Positions 61,871-64,000 of a stretch of DNA of 64,000 nt are shown here, piece by piece. The stretch spans positions 22,649 through 86,648 of the forward strand of contig JAYVXU010000025.1 in NCBI GenBank assembly GCA_043784925.1, read 5' to 3'. Position 1 is the stretch's first letter. Each line of letters opens with the position of its first letter. The notes below the pieces were generated by a model. That model worked only from the letters and a program-made list of their open reading frames with translations. It ran no database searches and was not told where the DNA came from. The position numbers were made by a program, and so were the translations under genes. Origin of the DNA: Candidatus Adlerbacteria bacterium. Its GTDB lineage: Bacteria; Patescibacteriota; Minisyncoccia; Phycocordibacterales; SBAW01.

Positions 61871-64000
61871 TGACAGCGGCCGATGGTGCTTTGGTGCGCC
61901 AAATACTTGAGGCTTATTGTGGTTTTGATGTGTTTTCTCGCGGGTCGAAATATGCAAAAGAGGGCCGAGCCTTAGTGACGTCGCACAGCGGCGGGGGCGA
62001 ATATATTCGTGTTGAGGGGGTGGTGTATGGTTCAAGGGAGTATGAGGTTTTGCTTTTGGTGAATTTGAAAGCAAAACAAATAACCAACTTTGAGTGTTCG
62101 TGCCCGTATGCCGACTCGGGAGACATCTGCAAACACATTGTGGCACTAGGGCTTGTATTTTTAGAAAATCAAAAAAATGCCTTTGATCCCGCACGGCAAA
62201 TTGCACCTCCTCCCAACTTTTTTTCGCCTTCGCTCTGGGAGCCCACGCCCCCTCAGCCGCAACCGCAGTCGCTTCCTCCTGTGCAGCCGCAATCGATACA
62301 AAGCGGGCAGGTGCTTGCTCCTGAAGATGTTCGTGACCTCCTTGCCAAACTTGGTATAGACAGCAACTTACTTTCAGAAAATGCTTTGCAAGAATTAAGT
62401 GTCGCTGCGTTTGCAAAATCATCTTTTGCCGCTATCCCGGTGCCCATACCAATCAAAGCTGTATCACAACCACCAAAAAAAGCTGCGCCACAAAAAACAT
62501 TTACCGAAAAATATAATTTAGTGCTACGTCCTCGACACGGTGGAGTGCTCGACCGGCCCTATTTTGTACGCAGTGATGCGCGACGGTATATGAGTTGGCA
62601 CCAAGAAGTTTCTCTTGCGCCAAAATCGCTCCTTCGACAAGAAACGCACCTGAGTGATGATGAGCGTGCGCTTCTGGAGCTGATGTCCACTCTTGGCGAA
62701 AGTACCCAAGAAGAATATACCTCTGACGATCCATACGACATCGCGGCTGTTGTAGTTGCCGCTCACAGGGCCCATGTGTGCCTGGTGCAAAGTGAGCTTG
62801 TGCGGGGCGCGTTTGTCCAATATGAGTGGCAAGAGTCTGAGCGATTTGAAGTCGTGCTCAAACTACTTCAAAAAACTTTTGATGATACTATGTTTCGCGA
62901 AAAGTATATATGTAGTGTGATTGAGCTTGAGCTGCCTCAATTTTTGAACATGAAAGGTGTGTTTTCACACGGCAGCGACGGTGGGCTTGTTGTGGTATAC
63001 AAAAAGACAGTGCGGGTGCTGCCGCTCACTTTCGCCACGGCACGCATAGTGGCGCGCGCACTGCAGCAGGGACAAATGGACATGTATGGATATGGGTTTG
63101 ATAGGTTTGGCAAAAAAGCCGAGTTGCGCTCTTGCACTGAATTGAGCGAAGACGAGTATGTGCACTTGAATAGTATCAGTCATGATCTCGAGACGCATTG
63201 CGCACTTACCTCCACACTCCCTAAGCGCTATGGTGTGGTTAAACATGAGGCTAAACCGGTTATTGTTGTTGACTACGATTCTTCGCAGTCAACCCTTGCA
63301 GTACTTCCGTCGGTCGACTACGGAGCGGTTGTGTTGCCGGTGTCAGACATTCTGTATCGCTCGAGTAATAAAAGAAAAGATTTGATGCGACGAAACGGTA
63401 CTGCATTTGGCGGTATAAGCACAGTGGTACGAGTGCAAGAGGGTGAAGTGCACTATGCACATACCGACCATGGGTTGGAAGTTAAGATGTTTAACTTGGG
63501 CGAAAAAACTGGAGAGAAGTTGGGGCTCACGCGCCGGAGCCGTGCGGTATATAAAGGAGACAAACAAATCGAAAAGTGGACCCTAGACTTTTTGCCCGAG
63601 CTTCAAAAATTGCCGTTTGAGATTCGCTATGTGCACGACGTGCCCGACATACAGCGCACTGAATTTCGTGCCAATTTTGATATACAAGGAAGCCTCCAGC
63701 AAGACTGGTTGGCATTTGACCTAGAGCTCTATTGCGGGGAAGAGCGAGTGCAACTGTCAGACATCGAAGCATATCTTAAAGAAGGAGGGTCGCTTCTTAA
63801 AACAAAGGATGGCCGTTTGTTCAAAATAACCAACCCCGAAACCATCACCCGATTGCTTGAGTTGTTGGCGCATTTTAAAAAAGGAAAGGGTGGCACCTAC
63901 GAGGGGAAAGCATTCCATGCGCCTGCACTTTCTGCCATGGCACAGTCGTCGAAGCATTATACGACGCAAATTTCAAAAAGTTTTTCGAAATTCTTTACAG
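61871..64000 (+). CDS. SWIM zinc-finger protein, probable N-terminal part of a SWIM/SNF2-associated helicase (partial, continues past window end)
   Basis: I translated the region by eye from the ATG at 61871 and found no stop through 64000 (over 709 codons). It is absent from the ORF track, presumably because it has no stop within the window. FECSCPYADSGDICKHIVA is a SWIM CxC...CxH zinc finger. GC about 52%, higher than the surroundings. Confidence 0.6.

Noticed and set aside
61697-63969. Several minus-strand ORFs of 60-241 aa (61697..62422, 62524..62832, 62965..63246, 63527..63772, 63757..63969)
   Set aside because: They are antisense shadows of the long GC-rich plus-strand SWIM ORF. They have low complexity, Arg/Cys-rich composition and no starts with SD.

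Overview
This 64 kb window is a low-GC (about 40-45%) bacterial chromosomal segment. It is gene-dense, both strands carry genes, and I found no rRNA, tRNA, CRISPR array, integrase or transposase. The gene content suggests a small-genome, surface-oriented bacterium, possibly Patescibacteria/CPR-like; that is inference only. It includes many small membrane or secreted proteins, an LPXTG protein with its sortase, RNase J, GroES/GroEL, SecG, LemA-DUF2207 and HtpX.

Housekeeping and stress genes I could recognise: a KGG-repeat stress protein, a ClpP-family protease, DedA, an ABC-2 exporter pair, LexA, SanA/DUF218, an RRM RNA-binding protein, a MutY-like HhH-GPD glycosylase without the Fe-S motif, RNase J, an orphan family-5 substrate-binding protein, SecG, GroES/GroEL, LemA/DUF2207, a RelE/ParE toxin-antitoxin pair, HtpX, MucR/Ros, a tandem PhnB-like protein, ArsR with an AHSA1 partner, and MntR-MntH.

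Accessory-like content worth attention:
- A co-directional operon (29.1-36.5 kb) led by a soluble TraG/VirD4/HerA-superfamily P-loop ATPase, followed by a 791-aa repeat-containing membrane protein, two small proteins and a tandem-FN3 surface protein. This is my best candidate for an undescribed surface or translocation system.
- A surface-glycan island (36.6-46.0 kb): a GT2-GtrA fusion, a GH8 glucanase, a cellulose-synthase-like GT2 without PilZ, a GT39/PMT-like GT-C protein, a decayed GT4 pseudogene, another GT-C-like membrane protein and a secreted GH6 cellulase. An adjacent two-component system sits next to perfect 11-bp tandem direct repeats that lie between it and the GH6 gene.
- A rifampicin-phosphotransferase-like protein (PPDK_N plus PEP-utilizer swivel domain) paired with a membrane protein.
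- Two GC-rich islands (7.78-8.06 kb and 21.1-21.4 kb), each with a small anomalous ORF and a strong terminator.
- Candidate operators at lexA, groESL, mntR and arsR.
- Several gene remnants or frameshifts.
- A GC-rich SWIM zinc-finger ORF longer than 709 codons at the 3' end. It runs off the window, so the ORF track omitted it.

All functional calls rest on motif and family recognition by eye. None is a database hit.
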